DNA of 64,000 nucleotides, taken from the NCBI RefSeq assembly GCF_009914755.1, contig NC_060936.1; one strand, given 5' to 3'. Shown in pieces: positions 15,484-31,460 of the stretch. The position numbers and the translations under genes were made by a program. Source of the stretch: the human T2T-CHM13v2.0 reference genome, Homo sapiens. The notes under the pieces are model-generated. The model saw only the letters and a list, made by a program, of their open reading frames with translations, was not told the DNA's origin and ran no database searches. Numbering within the stretch: the stretch's first letter is position 1; each line of letters begins with the position of its first letter.

Positions 15484-17459
15484 AAGGCCATGGAGATTCT
15501 GCCCTGGCCATCTAAGTGGTCTGTCCACCTCCCCCATTATCCCACGCCTCTCAGTTCCTACGCAAGATGCAAAACATCTGGAAAAATGGACTGTATCCAT
15601 TCCTCTCTTCCAAACTCCTCACTGGCCTTGATGTGCATTTAGGATAAAATCCAGACTCCGAAGCCCCCTGCATAAAATAATCCCTTAGGATGCTTGCTCA
15701 TCAGGCAGATTCCAAGCTCCTGCGCCAAGATGCTGATTCAGCAAGGCTGAGATGGACCCAAGCATCTGCAATTGCAACAACCCCCTGCGGGAATCCTGAT
15801 GCAGGCCACCCATGAAACTTCTTTTGGAAATTCTGTCCTCCAGATTTGACCTCTAATGCCTCTTCTCTCATCTGGTCCTGCTTGCTCTCCCCTGGTGCAC
15901 GATCTCCTGTTGCAGAGCCCAGAAAGGGCCGGGTACAGGCTTTAGCCATCAGCCCCGATCTCCGACATCCCTCACACCCATTCTTTGATGTAGACAATTC
16001 TCATTTCCTCAAAGTCACATAAAGTGCTGTTTTAAACTTAACTTCAAGTCAAATAATCCATTTTCTGTATTACTGATATAGAACATTCTGGAGCTACCAG
16101 CATTCTTTCCTATATCAAAAGTTTCCAGTGGCCTGTATTTTTCTTCCTAGAACGTCAACCTTTGCCCCAAATGTACCCCCACCCCATTCTTGGAGTGATT
16201 CATGTCAAGTGTTTAGCTCCCTACTAGACTGAAATCTGTCTGAGGGCAAGAGCTCGTTTCTTCTCTGCTGTATACAAAGAGCTGAGCATATTGCCTGGAA
16301 TATAATTAAGGCTTAATAAATATTTGTCACATGAACATGAAAAAGCAGGCAATTTCTGGATGACCTTCAAGTAAATAAAGTCAGTCTGAGATGCGGGAGG
16401 TCTCCACGGCAGGTAGCAAAAGGAAGACTAAGAAAAGTGAACGGTGAACGGAGCTGAACAGTGACCACCCTGTGATGTTCCCAGCTGAGGGTGAACACTA
16501 ATGAACACTTGCAAATGGCCCCAGGGCTCTTCCAGACCTTTGAAATCCTAGGCCAGAGGTCATCTCTCGGCTCTGATTCAGAGACCACCTGCCACTGCGC
16601 AGCCCTGGGATTCCACTGCTCACCCCAACTGCAGAGGCCTGACTCCTCCCTTACCCCCTCCTCCGACTCCTCATAAACCAGGTTCAACTCACCTTAAAAT
16701 CAGTTTCCTCATTTGTCTTTTTAAGGACTACTAAAATCCTTAAAGAGACGTTCTGATGAGCTTATTCTCTTTGACTTAAGAGTACAGAGATGTTTGGTCA
16801 TTTTAAGGATTCCTCCTTTATTTTACTAAAAGTTTTGTCTTCACCCCTCTCCAGCCCCCAGCAAATATTCTGAGACCTCTGAGACCCCTGGACTCCTCCT
16901 AGGAGGGGCATAGCTTTAGGAGGTTGTGAACCCCTTAAAACTGTATCTGATCTTTTGTGTGTATATTCATGGCTTCCTATCCTATTTTAAAAGATTGAAA
17001 ATCACCGCATAGTAAAAGCAACACTGTCTTTTTAACGAAAATGTCTGTGTTTAAATCCCAGCTCTACACCTGTCGATTGAAGTAACCGGGGGCAGACCAT
17101 TTAAGTCATGTGAAAGCTCTGTAGATGGCTGTCATGGGATCTTACTAAATTGTCTGCATGAAAGCCCTTGTAGGCTACAAAGCATGGAATTCCAGTATGT
17201 TCTCTCTCAAGAACCTCAGCCAGGGGCCCCTAGACAATCACATTTGCTCTTTTCACCTTCCCCATCACTGCATAAGGTCTGCGCAAGTGATTCCCATTCT
17301 ACACATGCGAACACTGAGGCCAAGGTAGGTGATTGAGTGTCCCTGAGGTCACAGGATCAATGACTGAAAGAAGCTGAACCTTGAAGGTAGAAAGGAGGGG
17401 AATTAAAAGAAGAAAAATAAAAACAAGAAACAAAATCATGCTTCTTTGTTGTCCTTCTG

Positions 17460-18275
17460 GAACTCAGACTCTGAGTGAGTTAGGTGGAGTTCTGGAATGT
17501 TTTGCAAGACGAAGATAGCTTTCCCATTCTGTCGCGTTCTTGCTCTCCTCTGACGCCCACCTGCTTGTTGCTTTCTGCTGGTGTCTCACCTTCTGCAGGC
17601 GAGGAGCGCATGAGAGTCGGGCTGGGTGAAACCGGGGCTCCATCTGCCTGCGTGCTTTCTGGGGATGTCTGAAGGTAACTTTGTGCTGGCGCCCCTTGCC
17701 AGGAAGCTGAGAAGCCTTCTGCAGCGCCACCCGGCTCCCATCCCCTCTCCGCGGAATAAGCTGGTACCAAAGCCAGCCCCTGGTGCCGCTCAACCAGATG
17801 GCAGGGGAAGCAAAACAAAAGTGACCTTGTTAGCAGAATGTGTCTTCCCCGGGAGAAGCTATTTTTGTTGTGGTTGTGAACTGAAGTCGTCTCAGCTGAA
17901 TTCTCCTTCCCTGCGAGGGCTGTGGAATGTTAATTTGTTCCAAAGTTCAGTATTTTGATTAGAACCAGGAGTGCCAGATTTTGTCAGAAACATTTTGGAA
18001 TGGGGTAGGCTCACACACACTCTCTCTCTCTTTCTCTCTCACTCTCTCTCTTGGCCGCTGTACAAAGTAAATGTTGTTGCAGCAGCTGCCCTGGGGGAAC
18101 AGCCCATTGCAAATCGGAGCCGGGGGTGAACCGGCTCCTCCCTGTTGCCGTGACCTTATTGCCATAGAGGCACCCAGACTAGGGACAAAAGTGGAGACAC
18201 CCTTTCAATTGGAGAGAACAAAGAGCCCAGCACAGAACCTGGAACGGAGGGGTCCTCAGGAAACACGTGTGAGCT
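17460..18275. promoter_or_regulatory. Repeat-free candidate cis-regulatory island with a CTCF-like core
   Basis: unique sequence, retained CpGs, CAACCAGATGGCAG at 17791-17804, TGACCTT half-sites. Confidence 0.35.
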
Positions 18276-18289
18276 GAAAAAAAGAATGA

Positions 18290-18566
18290 AGCCAGGCGCG
18301 GTGGCTCACGCCTGTAAACCCAGCACTTTGGGAGGCCAAGGCAGGTGGATCACAAGGTCAGGAGTTCAAGACCAGCCTGGCCAAGATGGTGAGACCTCGT
18401 CTCTACTAAAAATACAAAATTAGCCGGGCCTGGTGGCGGGCGCTTGTAATCCCAGCTATTTGGGAGGCTGAGGCAGAGAATTGCTTGAACCCGGGAGGCA
18501 GAGGTTGCAGTAAGCCGAGATTGCACCATTTCACTCCAGCCTGGGTGGCAGAGCAAGACTCCATCT

Positions 18567-18600
<34 letters not shown>
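18290..18600 (+). mobile_element. AluS (AluSg-like)
   Basis: full Alu; TSD aaaagaatgaa. Confidence 0.93.
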
Positions 18601-18609
<9 letters not shown>

Positions 18610-18741
18610 TGAACTTCCCCCAAGATGTAGCGCTCAGAGTTTCTGCAACCCAGAGGTCATGTCCAAAGGGAATTATCAGAGTTCTAGATTCTGAGAACTC
18701 TATTTCTCTTTTTTCTTTTCTTTTTTAACATTGTAATTTAC

Positions 18742-19038
18742 TTTTTTTTTTTTTTTTTTTTAGGGACAGGGTCTCCCTGTATCACCCAGGCTTGAGCGCA
18801 GTGGCATGCTCACAGCTCACTGCAGCCTCAAACTCCTGGGCTCCAGTGATCCTCCGTCCTCAGCCTCCTGAGTAAAGGGGACTACAGGCATGCATCGCCA
18901 TGCCTGGCTAAATTTTTTTATTTTTTGTAGAAATGAGGTCTTGCTCTGTTGTCCTGGCTGATCTCAAACTCCTGGCCTCAAACAATCCTCCTGCTTTGAC
19001 CTCCTTTGGATTACAGGTGTGAGCCATGGCACCCAGCC
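18742..19038 (-). mobile_element. AluJ
   Basis: antisense Alu. Confidence 0.9.
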
Positions 19039-19297
19039 TGGTTCTCTTTTTCTGACCGCTTCTCTCTCTCAATGAGTTATTAAGCCAAGTCATGCATGAC
19101 TATTTTCTGAATCACAAAACGAACACAGATAAGATGAAAGTGCCTCTGATCTCTACTCCAATCCTAGCCCTCTGGTCCTTCTCAGAGGTAATCAGATGCC
19201 AATGCCACACCACAGCCTCACCAGAGCTTGATAACATCAAACCTATCATTTGTTGTCGGTCTGGTGGGTGAAAAGTGTTTTTTGTTGTCTTCTTTTG

Positions 19298-19520
19298 TAG
19301 CATAGTATAGTAGTTAGGAGTATGGAATTTGAATGCGGGTTGCCTGGGGTCTAATCCTGGCCCTGGAGTAGCCAGAGGAGGAGCAACTGTGTGGACAACT
19401 GAACCTGGCTGAAAGTCAGCTTCGCGGTGTCTGGACCAGGAATGATGGCAGAAGTTATGTTCCAGGGTGGTCGTGAGGATCGCTGCATGAACTAGAGCGT
19501 GCTAAGTGCTCAGAGCAGGC
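19298..19520 (+). mobile_element. MIR
   Basis: tagcatagtatagtagttaggagtatgga...ttgcctggggtctaatcctggc. Confidence 0.6.
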
Positions 19521-19726
19521 TGGCCGGCACAAGCGTTCTGCAGGGGTTTGTTTTTATCATTGCCGCTATCATTTCCCCAATCACTTAGGACTCTGGGCAC
19601 CCCCACCCCCCACCTTCACTTTCAGTTCAGTGTTGACAGTTTCCCACGTTTCCCAGTCTCCCAGCACTAAGGCTGGGAAATAACCGGGAAGCAGTGAATT
19701 CCTGGTTCTGTTTCTGCCTCTTACAG

Positions 19727-21103
19727 TGAGAGGTGACAGCGTGCTGGCAGCCCTGCAGCCCTTGCTCGCTCTCGGCGCCTCCTCGGCCTTGGCGCCCACT
19801 TTGGCCGCACTTGAGGAGCCCTTCAGCCCGCCGCTGCACTGTAGGAGCCCCTTTCTGGGCTGGCCAAGGCCGGAGCCGGCTCCCTCAGCTTGCAGGGAGG
19901 TGTGGAGGGAGAGACGCAGGTGGGAACCTGGGCTGCGCGCGGTGCTTGCGGGCCAGCGCGAGTTCCGGGTGGGCGCGGGCTCGGCAGTCCCCGCACTCGG
20001 AGCCGCCGGCCAGCCTGCAAGCCCCGGGCAGTGAGGGGCTTAGCACCTGGGCCAGCAGCTGCTGTGTTCGACTACTCGCCATGCCTTAGCTGCCTCCCCG
20101 CGGGGCAGGGCTCAGGACCTGCAGCCCGCCATGCCTGAGCCTCCCCTCCCGGCCGTGGGCTCCTGCGCAGCCCGAGCCTCCCCGACGAGCGCCGCCCCCT
20201 GCTCCACGGGGCCCAGTCCCATCGACCACCCAAGGGCTGAGGAGTGTGGGCACACGGCGCAGGACTGGCAAGCAGCTCCACCTGCGGCCCAGTACGGGAT
20301 CCACTGGGTGAAGCCAACTGGGCTCCTGAGTCTGGTGGGGACTTGGAGAACCTTTATGTCTAGCTAAGGGATTGTAAATACACCAATCGGCACTCTGTAT
20401 CCAGCTCAAGGTTTGTAAACACAACAGTCAGCACTCTGTGTCTAGCTCAGGGTTTGTGAATGCACCAATCGACACTCTGTATCTAGTTACTCTGGTGGGG
20501 ACTTGGAGAACCTTTGTGTCCACACTCTGTATCTAGCTAATCTAGTGGGGACGTGAACTTTTGCGTCTAGCTCAGGGATTGTAAACGCACCAATCAGCAC
20601 CCTGTCAAAACGGACCAATCAGCTCTCTGTAAAACAGACCAATTGGCTCTCTGTAAAGTGGACCAGTCAGCAGGATGTGGGTAGGGCCAGACAAGAGAAT
20701 AAAAGCAGGCTGCCGGAGCTGGCAGTAGCAATTGGCTGGGGTGTTTTTCCGCTCTGTGGGAGATTTGTTCTTTCGCTTTTTGGGTCCACGCTGCGTTTGT
20801 GAGCTGTAACACCGTGAAGGTCTGCAGCTTCACTCCTGAAGTCAGGCGAGAAGACTACGAACCCACCTGGAGGAACGAACAACTCCAGACTCGCCGCATT
20901 AAGAGCGGTAACACCGCGAAGGTCTGCAGCTTCACTCCTGAGCCAGCGAGATCACGAACCCACCGGAAGGCTGTAACATATCTGAACATCAGAAGGAACA
21001 AACTCCGGACAGGCCGCCTTCAGGAACTGTAACACTCACCGCGAGGGTCCGTAGCTTCATTCTTGAAGTCAGTGAGACCAAGAGCCCACCAATTCCGGAC
21101 ACA
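19727..21103 (+). mobile_element. LTR12-family (LTR12C/D/E; ERV9) solo LTR, both termini intact
   Basis: tgagaggtgacagcgtgctggcag...aattccggacaca; 4-bp TSD acag at 19723-19726 and 21104-21107; CpG-rich U3; tandem CCAAT repeats. Confidence 0.95.
20383..20740 (+). promoter_or_regulatory. LTR12 U3 promoter/enhancer: CCAAT (NF-Y) array and AATAAAA TATA-like box
   Basis: CCAAT at 20383, 20465, 20590, 20615, 20639; AATAAAA at 20698-20704; known ERV9 LTR promoter layout. Confidence 0.7.
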
Positions 21104-22000
21104 ACAGGACACACTGCGGCTTCTCCTGGCTTTTTCAAAGTTCAGCCCAAGAGGAAGAGAGACCTAATTAATACCCAGGAGATGGTGGCGTTTATTTTTT
21201 CCAGCTGGGACAACTAAGGCCCCGAGAGGAGAAAGGGACTATCCGGGGTACAGAGGCCACTGAGTCAGAGCTAGGACCAACATATCACCAGCTCTCCCTC
21301 TTCAGCGCAGACCCCAACTCACCAGCGGTGGCTTCCTGAAGAGCTGGGTTAAGGAGGATTCTGAGGTGCAGCAGAGCTCGCTAAGAGGCTGACGGGTAAG
21401 GGGTGCTGCGCTGTGAGCACAGGAGCCAGGTGGGTGTTGCCTGCCATCCCCTCTACCTCTCCCTCTTCTCTCTGCCACCTCGGTTTTTCTCCATCCTTTC
21501 ACTCACCCCCGACCCGCCATTGTTTCACCTGCCTGGAAATGGCACCCTTCGTTGAGAGTAAGGATAGGGCCTCTGCTGTGCCCAGGCCACATTTCTGGGC
21601 CTCTTTTTTCCTCTCCCAGGTCTGAAGGGGCCTCAGTTTGGGGTTCTTAAGGGCCCAGAGACCTGTGAACAGTTGCTCCCTCCCCTACTTAGTGGCCCAC
21701 GTGGAACTCAAGAGTATCCCGCTCCGTGGCTGTTCAGAAATGCAGCAGCACAGCCCCCAGGCAGCAATCGTTCAGGAGCGCTGGGAAGCCCACAGCCAGC
21801 CTGAGCCCTCCGAGATGCCTCTAGACTCTGGGCCCGGGATCAATACTTGGGAGGGGGAGAGCAGATGTGAATGCGATGCGGGCACACGCACAGCGTGCTG
21901 CTGGAGGCCCAGCTCAGAGGAGCTGGGCCAGCCTCCCCCGCCCTCTCCTTTCTCCTTGCCTTGCGGGGGCCAAGAGGGCTGTGGAGGGCTCTGCTGGAGT

Positions 22001-22014
22001 CTGCCATCTGCTGC
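22001..22014 (-). promoter_or_regulatory. Candidate CTCF site
   Basis: minus strand GCAGCAGATGGCAG vs consensus CCASYAGRKGGCRS. Confidence 0.4.
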
Positions 22015-22878
22015 TGAAAACATCTGCGCTTGCTGCCTTCCACGCAGACGAGCTGTCCGTCCTTCCTCCTCCCCCTCTTCCGCCAAGGCTATTCAGACGG
22101 GCGTGCAGGCTGCGGGCAGAGGTCAGGAAGCTCCCCGGCCTGTCCAGGCACGAGACAGCAGGCACTGCCTCTTTGGTACCTAGGCAGCTGTGTCTGCGAG
22201 TCCCTGGCTCTCTCCCAGGTGCCCTGCTTTAAGAAAATCCAATAGGAACAAAGTCCTGTTTGCAAAGTGGACACCTGCGGGCAATGTATGTCTCTGTCTG
22301 CATTGCACAGAGATCATCCTGAGCGATTCAATGATTTTTTCTCTCTGTGGGTTCTAAGTTCTTAACCAGAAAAGGAGATGTTAATTGAATCACCTGGGAG
22401 GTTTTTCAACATGCACCCGGCCAGTCCCCATGTTTCCCACTCTCAGACAAAACAGGTTTGGGGAGAAGAGTTTGTTGAAAGAGGTCCCTAGCACCCAGTG
22501 TTGCTGACAGATCCCCTCCCCACCTCTCCCTGCTCTGCTACCCTTGCGCATTTCAGCTTTTATTTAAAAGTCAGTAACTACCTACAGTGGAGGAGGGGGC
22601 TTTAAAGCTGAACTGTTCTATCTCACTATGAATTAAAGATCAGTTAGAAATGAAATTTCAACACCCAAGAAAAGAATAGGTACATTTATTAGAAAATGGG
22701 AGTGCTGTATATTTAAATTTTTAAAATGTATACAGATTAGGTCCATAATTCATTGTTTCTATAAAATCATATCTGTGGCAAGCCCCTGCCTCCACAGAAA
22801 CAATTTTATTTCATAGAGCAATCTATTTGTAAGCATGGAAGGACCATTATAGATCCTAACAGTGTCCTTTAAGAATGA

Positions 22879-23368
<490 letters not shown>

Positions 23369-24025
23369 GCACATAGACAGGTCTACTGGTGGCTGTTGCA
23401 TTGCAGGGATCTGTGAGAATGCACTGATGCGTACATCTGTGTCATTTTAATATGTCCACTTCTGTGCATGTCTGCATTACTAATGCATGTTTTTATGGAT
23501 CGAGCATTCATTCTTAGAGATGACCTAAATATACATTCAATGCCGCCAGCTAAGAATTCTACCGAGGCTTCATGCATTGTTATTATATGTTATATGTTAC
23601 AAATAAGGATACAAGGCATATATATTAAGCTTTCAAATCTTGGAAAATTAGTTCTGGAAGATGTTCTGAGAAGCAAATATTCCATGGTCAAATGAGTTTT
23701 GGAAATTCAGGATTAAAGAAAATGAAGTAAGTCTCTAAATATGGAATGTCTCAGAGACTTTAAATGCCAGAGTGTGCAGTGACTCTCTGAATATGGAAAG
23801 ACTATACAGCTTTTCTTTTCTTTTTTTTTTTTTTTTCTGCGCCTGGCCAGAATATACAGCATTTTTCAAACTCATTTGACTTTGGGACCCTTCTGGATCT
23901 CTCTTTTGGGGAGGATTTGGCAGTAAATGTAGGTAAATGCTGAACCACGACAATTTTGCTTGAAGTAAGAATTCATCTTGGCTGGGATTAGAAAGCTAGA
24001 GGCAGGTAGGGTTAAAGAACTTTTG

Positions 24026-24335
<310 letters not shown>

Positions 24336-25837
24336 TCATTCACTCACTCATTCACCCAACACACATTGAGTTCCTACTCAGAGCCAGATCTTGTGAATGA
24401 CACTGAAGAATATGAACATGAAGAAATGCGATGCCACCTCAACCTCACACAGTCCAGAAAAATCAGCCTATCAGGCCTCCCTGCTGCAAATGTCAGAAGC
24501 CCCATCAAACTGACAAGCCAGAATGTGGAAGTTATGGACAGAAACATCTGAGAAGACCATAGAATGAATGGGAAGGCGAAATACGAAATTATGATAAAAG
24601 CCCAAGGAACAGACAATGAGGGTTGGGGTGAACAGCGTAACCTGTGAAATAACTGGATTTGTCCATTCAGTCAGTACATGACCTTAGAATACTATCTTAT
24701 TTCAGGCACTGTGGGGCGATGGGAGAAATAAATACAAGATATGGTTTGGACCCTGGAGGGGAGGTTATGTCTAGTGGATCCACTCAGAAACATCTTCTCA
24801 ACAAGGCTAATCGACTTTGTCAGAAGCAAATACATCCCAGGATTGAAGGGACAAAAATGAAAATGGGTCTGTAAGACCTATGGTTCTTACAGAACTCAGA
24901 AAGGACACAGGAAAGACCAGCCAGCTCCTTTCCGTCCCGGCTGTCACAAGATCTACTGCCTTTGGGGGGGATGGGCAACTACGGAGTGACGGATTGAAAC
25001 GCCGCACCTTGATTCTCTCATGATTACCGGAATAATTCCAGCCTAAGAGAGGAAGGAAATCGAACAAAACAAGAACAAGGGTGGGGTGGGAGCAACGGCT
25101 AAACAGAACAACAAATTATAAAATGCAGGATCCAGGCCCAAGCCGCACCATGCCAGGAGGGGGGAAAGAAACCAGCACAAGGAGCATGATGTGCCTGTTT
25201 GCAGAGATTCCGGAAAGATGAATGACCTCCCGAATGTGCTTTGGGAGCTGTGGCTCTCTAAAATGGCCTTCTGTGCCCCCTCAAATTCAACAGCAGCTGA
25301 TGACAGTCGGAGCCATGAGCACAGGTCAGGGGCCCACAGGCTTGCAGAGGAAAGAGGTCTGAGTCAGTGGTGAGATTCGAGGTTGATATTTTATTAGTTT
25401 CTTCCTGGAATTTGTGGGTCTCCGAGTTGCAAACCCAAACCAAATGTTCCCTTTGAGCATTCCTGGCTGTGTAATTATCATTTGCGTTTGTGTAGGGATT
25501 GGAGGGAAAAGGATGGCTTAGAGTGTGTCTTTTCAAGCGCAGGCATTAGAAGGGTCTTCCAGGCAGCTGTGGCGGGGTAAACCGGGCCTGTGGAATACAA
25601 CGTGCCATGAGAACACTCGGCCAGGCAGCAATCCACAAGGGCCACTTATACATGCGCATGACACAGGGAGACGCAGAGGTGGGGGATCAAGGGCCCGAAT
25701 GGGGATTGCCAATTCCTCCATAAGGAAAGACAGGAGAGAAAATAGTTTGGTTTTGATTTTACTTTCAAGTGAGTTTCACACTGGGAAAACACTCCCAAAG
25801 ATCCTGAACCAACCATGACTCCATTTCCCTCTCCTGA

Positions 25838-26182
<345 letters not shown>

Positions 26183-26514
26183 GGACACATTCATCTTTAG
26201 ACTCGTGCATGCTCCAGCCTGAGGGACGGTGCTAATGGTGAAATGCATTCATGATACTTGATATTCTGAAATGTGATTCATGACTGTTCCAACAGAACTT
26301 GCCCCTCCCAACCCCACTAAACCCCCATCTCCAGAGCTTTGTTTTAGAATTATTCCCATTTTACTGACAAGCTGAAGGTAGAAGGCAAGAGTCTGTAGTC
26401 AGCCAGGAACAGCTGACAACTTTAACACCCCAAATTTCAACTTCCATATTTCCTGTATCCCTCTAGGCCAGGAGTTGTCAAACTGTTGGCTGCAGGTCTA
26501 CTGCCTGCAAGCTA

Positions 26515-26847
<333 letters not shown>

Positions 26848-27017
26848 TGGTTGGAGTTGGAGGGGAGTCAAAAAAGAATAATACTTGATGACACATAAAA
26901 ATTACATGGGCCAGGCTTGGTGGCCCACACCTGTAATCCCAGGAAGCTGAGGTGGGAGGATCGCTTGAGCCCGGGGATTCGAGACCAGCCTGGGCAATAG
27001 TGAGACCTTGTCACTCA

Positions 27018-27858
<841 letters not shown>

Positions 27859-28002
27859 AGAGCAAGACAATCTTGTCTCTAAATAATAAAATGAAATCAA
27901 AAGTAAAGTGTCTATGAATAAGGTTGTATTGGCCAATGGCCATGCCCACCTGTTTACAGATTGTCTATGGCTCATTTTGTGCCTTAGTGGCAGGGTTGAG
28001 TA

Positions 28003-28319
28003 CAGTTGTCCCTCGGTATCCGTGGGGGATTGGTTCCAGGACCTCCCAGATTACTAAAATCCACAGATGCTCAAGTCCTTGATATAAAATGGTATAGTAC
28101 TTGCATATACCCCTGTATACTTTAAATTTTCCCTGTATACTTTATATCATCTCTAGATACAATACCCAATACGATGTAAATGCAGTGTAAATAGTTGTTA
28201 TGCTGTATTGTTATTTAATTTGTATTATTTTAGTTATTATTTTTATTGTTTTTGATATTTTTTATCTGCAATTGGTTGAATCCTTGGATTCGGAACCTGA
28301 GGATAGAGAGGGCTGGCTG
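28003..28319 (+). mobile_element. MER2 (TcMar-Tigger MITE) inserted in MER58B
   Basis: cagttgtccctcggtatccgtgggggattggttccaggacc...gagggctggctg; TA TSD. Confidence 0.88.
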
Positions 28320-28578
28320 TAGTTCCAACAGAGATCGTGTGTCCCGAAAAGCTGGAAATATTTACTATCTGCTCATTCCTAGGAAAAGTGTGTCAATCCT
28401 TGCTCTAGGCCACTGAGTACAGAGAAAGCAAAGGGATCCCCCTGGCTACCAAATAAAGTTGAAAGTCTTTAACACTGCACTTAAGAAATCTACAAATAGC
28501 CTCAACCCTCATTTTCAAGGTTATGCCTTCTCACTCACCTCATACCAAAGTCAATCTCAGAAATCCATCTACCATCAG

Positions 28579-29604
28579 TGTGAGCAGCGGCAAATCCATA
28601 CAGGCCTGCAGCAACTTGATTCTTACCTCCTCAGAGGAAAGAATTCAGCTGAGGGCATAAGGCAGAGTGAAAGTCCAAGGCAAGTTTTAGAGCAGGAGTA
28701 AAAGTTTATTAAAACATTTGAGAGCAGGAACAAAAGGAAGTACACTTGGAAGAGGAGGACCAAGTGGGTGACTTGAGAGACCCAAGTGTGTTGTCCAACC
28801 CTTGACCTGGGGTTTTATACATTGGCTTGGTTCCGGGGTCTGCATTTCTTCTTCCTAACTCTTCCTTGGGGTGGGCTGTCCATATGAGCGGGGACCTGTG
28901 CATTCAGGAGGGTCCGCATGCACAGTGTGTTTACTGAAGTTGTGTGCATGCTCATGTGAGGCGTTCTTCCCTTACCATTCGAGCAATGCTAGAAGAAGGT
29001 CATAGATCAGTTAAACCCCAGCCATTTTGCCTCTTAATGCACATGCTGGAGCTCACTCGCCCAACTGCTGAGATCTTATCCAGAAGCAGTTATCACCAGC
29101 CTCAGGTGTTTTCTATCTATTGGGAGCCTGCCTTTCTGGCACCAGCTGTGACCAATTTTTATTTTATTTATTTAGTTATTTATTTATTGAGGCAAGATTT
29201 CTCACTCTGTCACCCAGGCTGGAGTGCAGTGGTGCATGATCTCGGCTCACTACAACCTCTGCCTCCCAGGTTCAAGCGATTCTCCTGCCTCAGCCTCCTG
29301 AGTAGCTGGGATTACAGGTGCCCACCACCATGCCCCACTGATTTTTGTATTTTTAGTAGAGATGAGGTTTCACCATGTTGGCCAGGCTGGTCTCGAACTC
29401 CTGACCTCAAGTGATCCACATGTCTCCACCTCCCAAAGTGCTGGGATTACAAGTGTGAGCCATCACACCTGGCCCAATTAGTATTTTAGAGAGAGAGTTT
29501 AACAACCACCTGACTATCACCTGATGGTCACTTGACATTCCTGTGGGTCGGGGTGGGGGCCCTTTCCTGCCCTGCTCATGTCTGCCTAGCTCCCTACTCT
29601 AACG
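28579..29604 (-). mobile_element. ERV1 solo LTR (MER50-like), interrupted by an Alu
   Basis: minus strand begins gttagagtagggagctaggcagacatgagcagggcagg; 4-bp TSD tcag at 28575-28578 and 29605-29608. Confidence 0.75.
29157..29474 (-). mobile_element. AluS
   Basis: antisense Alu inside the LTR. Confidence 0.92.
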
Positions 29605-29666
29605 TCAGTTCTTCCCCTACAGACTGCACTTCCCTGTGCTTAAAAAAAAAAAATTATTTAGGTGGA

Positions 29667-30705
<1,039 letters not shown>

Positions 30706-30894
30706 GTGGCTTGTCGCTGCTTTTGCCGCTGTGGTTCCTTCTGCCCATGTGCTCCTCCTCATCCCTTCATCTCTCAATAGTGCCGTCTCTCCAGGCTCAA
30801 CTCAGAGCATGCACGTTGGGGGTTTCTACCCCCAATCTCATATCCCAGAGCACGTGTCTCCCCATGTGTGTTCCCAACTTCCTGAGCTTGTGCT

Positions 30895-31202
<308 letters not shown>

Positions 31203-31215
31203 GAGCTTGTGCTTT

Positions 31216-31460
31216 AGAGAGGGGGAGAGAGAGAGAGAAAGAGAAAGAGAGCGAGATTGGATGGGTGGATAGATAGATAGATAATAGATTGATAAGACTT
31301 GATAGATTGATAGATGATAGATAAGATGATTGATAGAAGATAGATACGATGGATAGATGATTGATAGATGATAGATAAGATAGATGATTGATAGATAAGA
31401 TAGATTGATGAAAGATAAGATAAATAGACAGATGATCGGTAAAATACATAGATTGATTGA
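31216..31460. repeat. (GA)n followed by a degenerate (GATA)n tract
   Basis: direct reading. Confidence 0.93.

Noticed and set aside
19726-20424. CpG island with many overlapping ORFs suggesting a gene 5' end
   Set aside because: Entirely within the LTR12 U3 region.
20340-20680. Spaced direct repeats superficially like a CRISPR array
   Set aside because: These are the tandem CCAAT-containing enhancer repeats of the ERV9 LTR; no unique spacers, no cas genes, eukaryotic DNA.
21638-22183. Longest ORF (181 aa), downstream of the LTR12
   Set aside because: Starts at TTG, has no recognisable domain, and overlapping ORFs in several frames are typical of GC-rich non-coding DNA. Ribo-seq or PhyloCSF would be needed to revive it.
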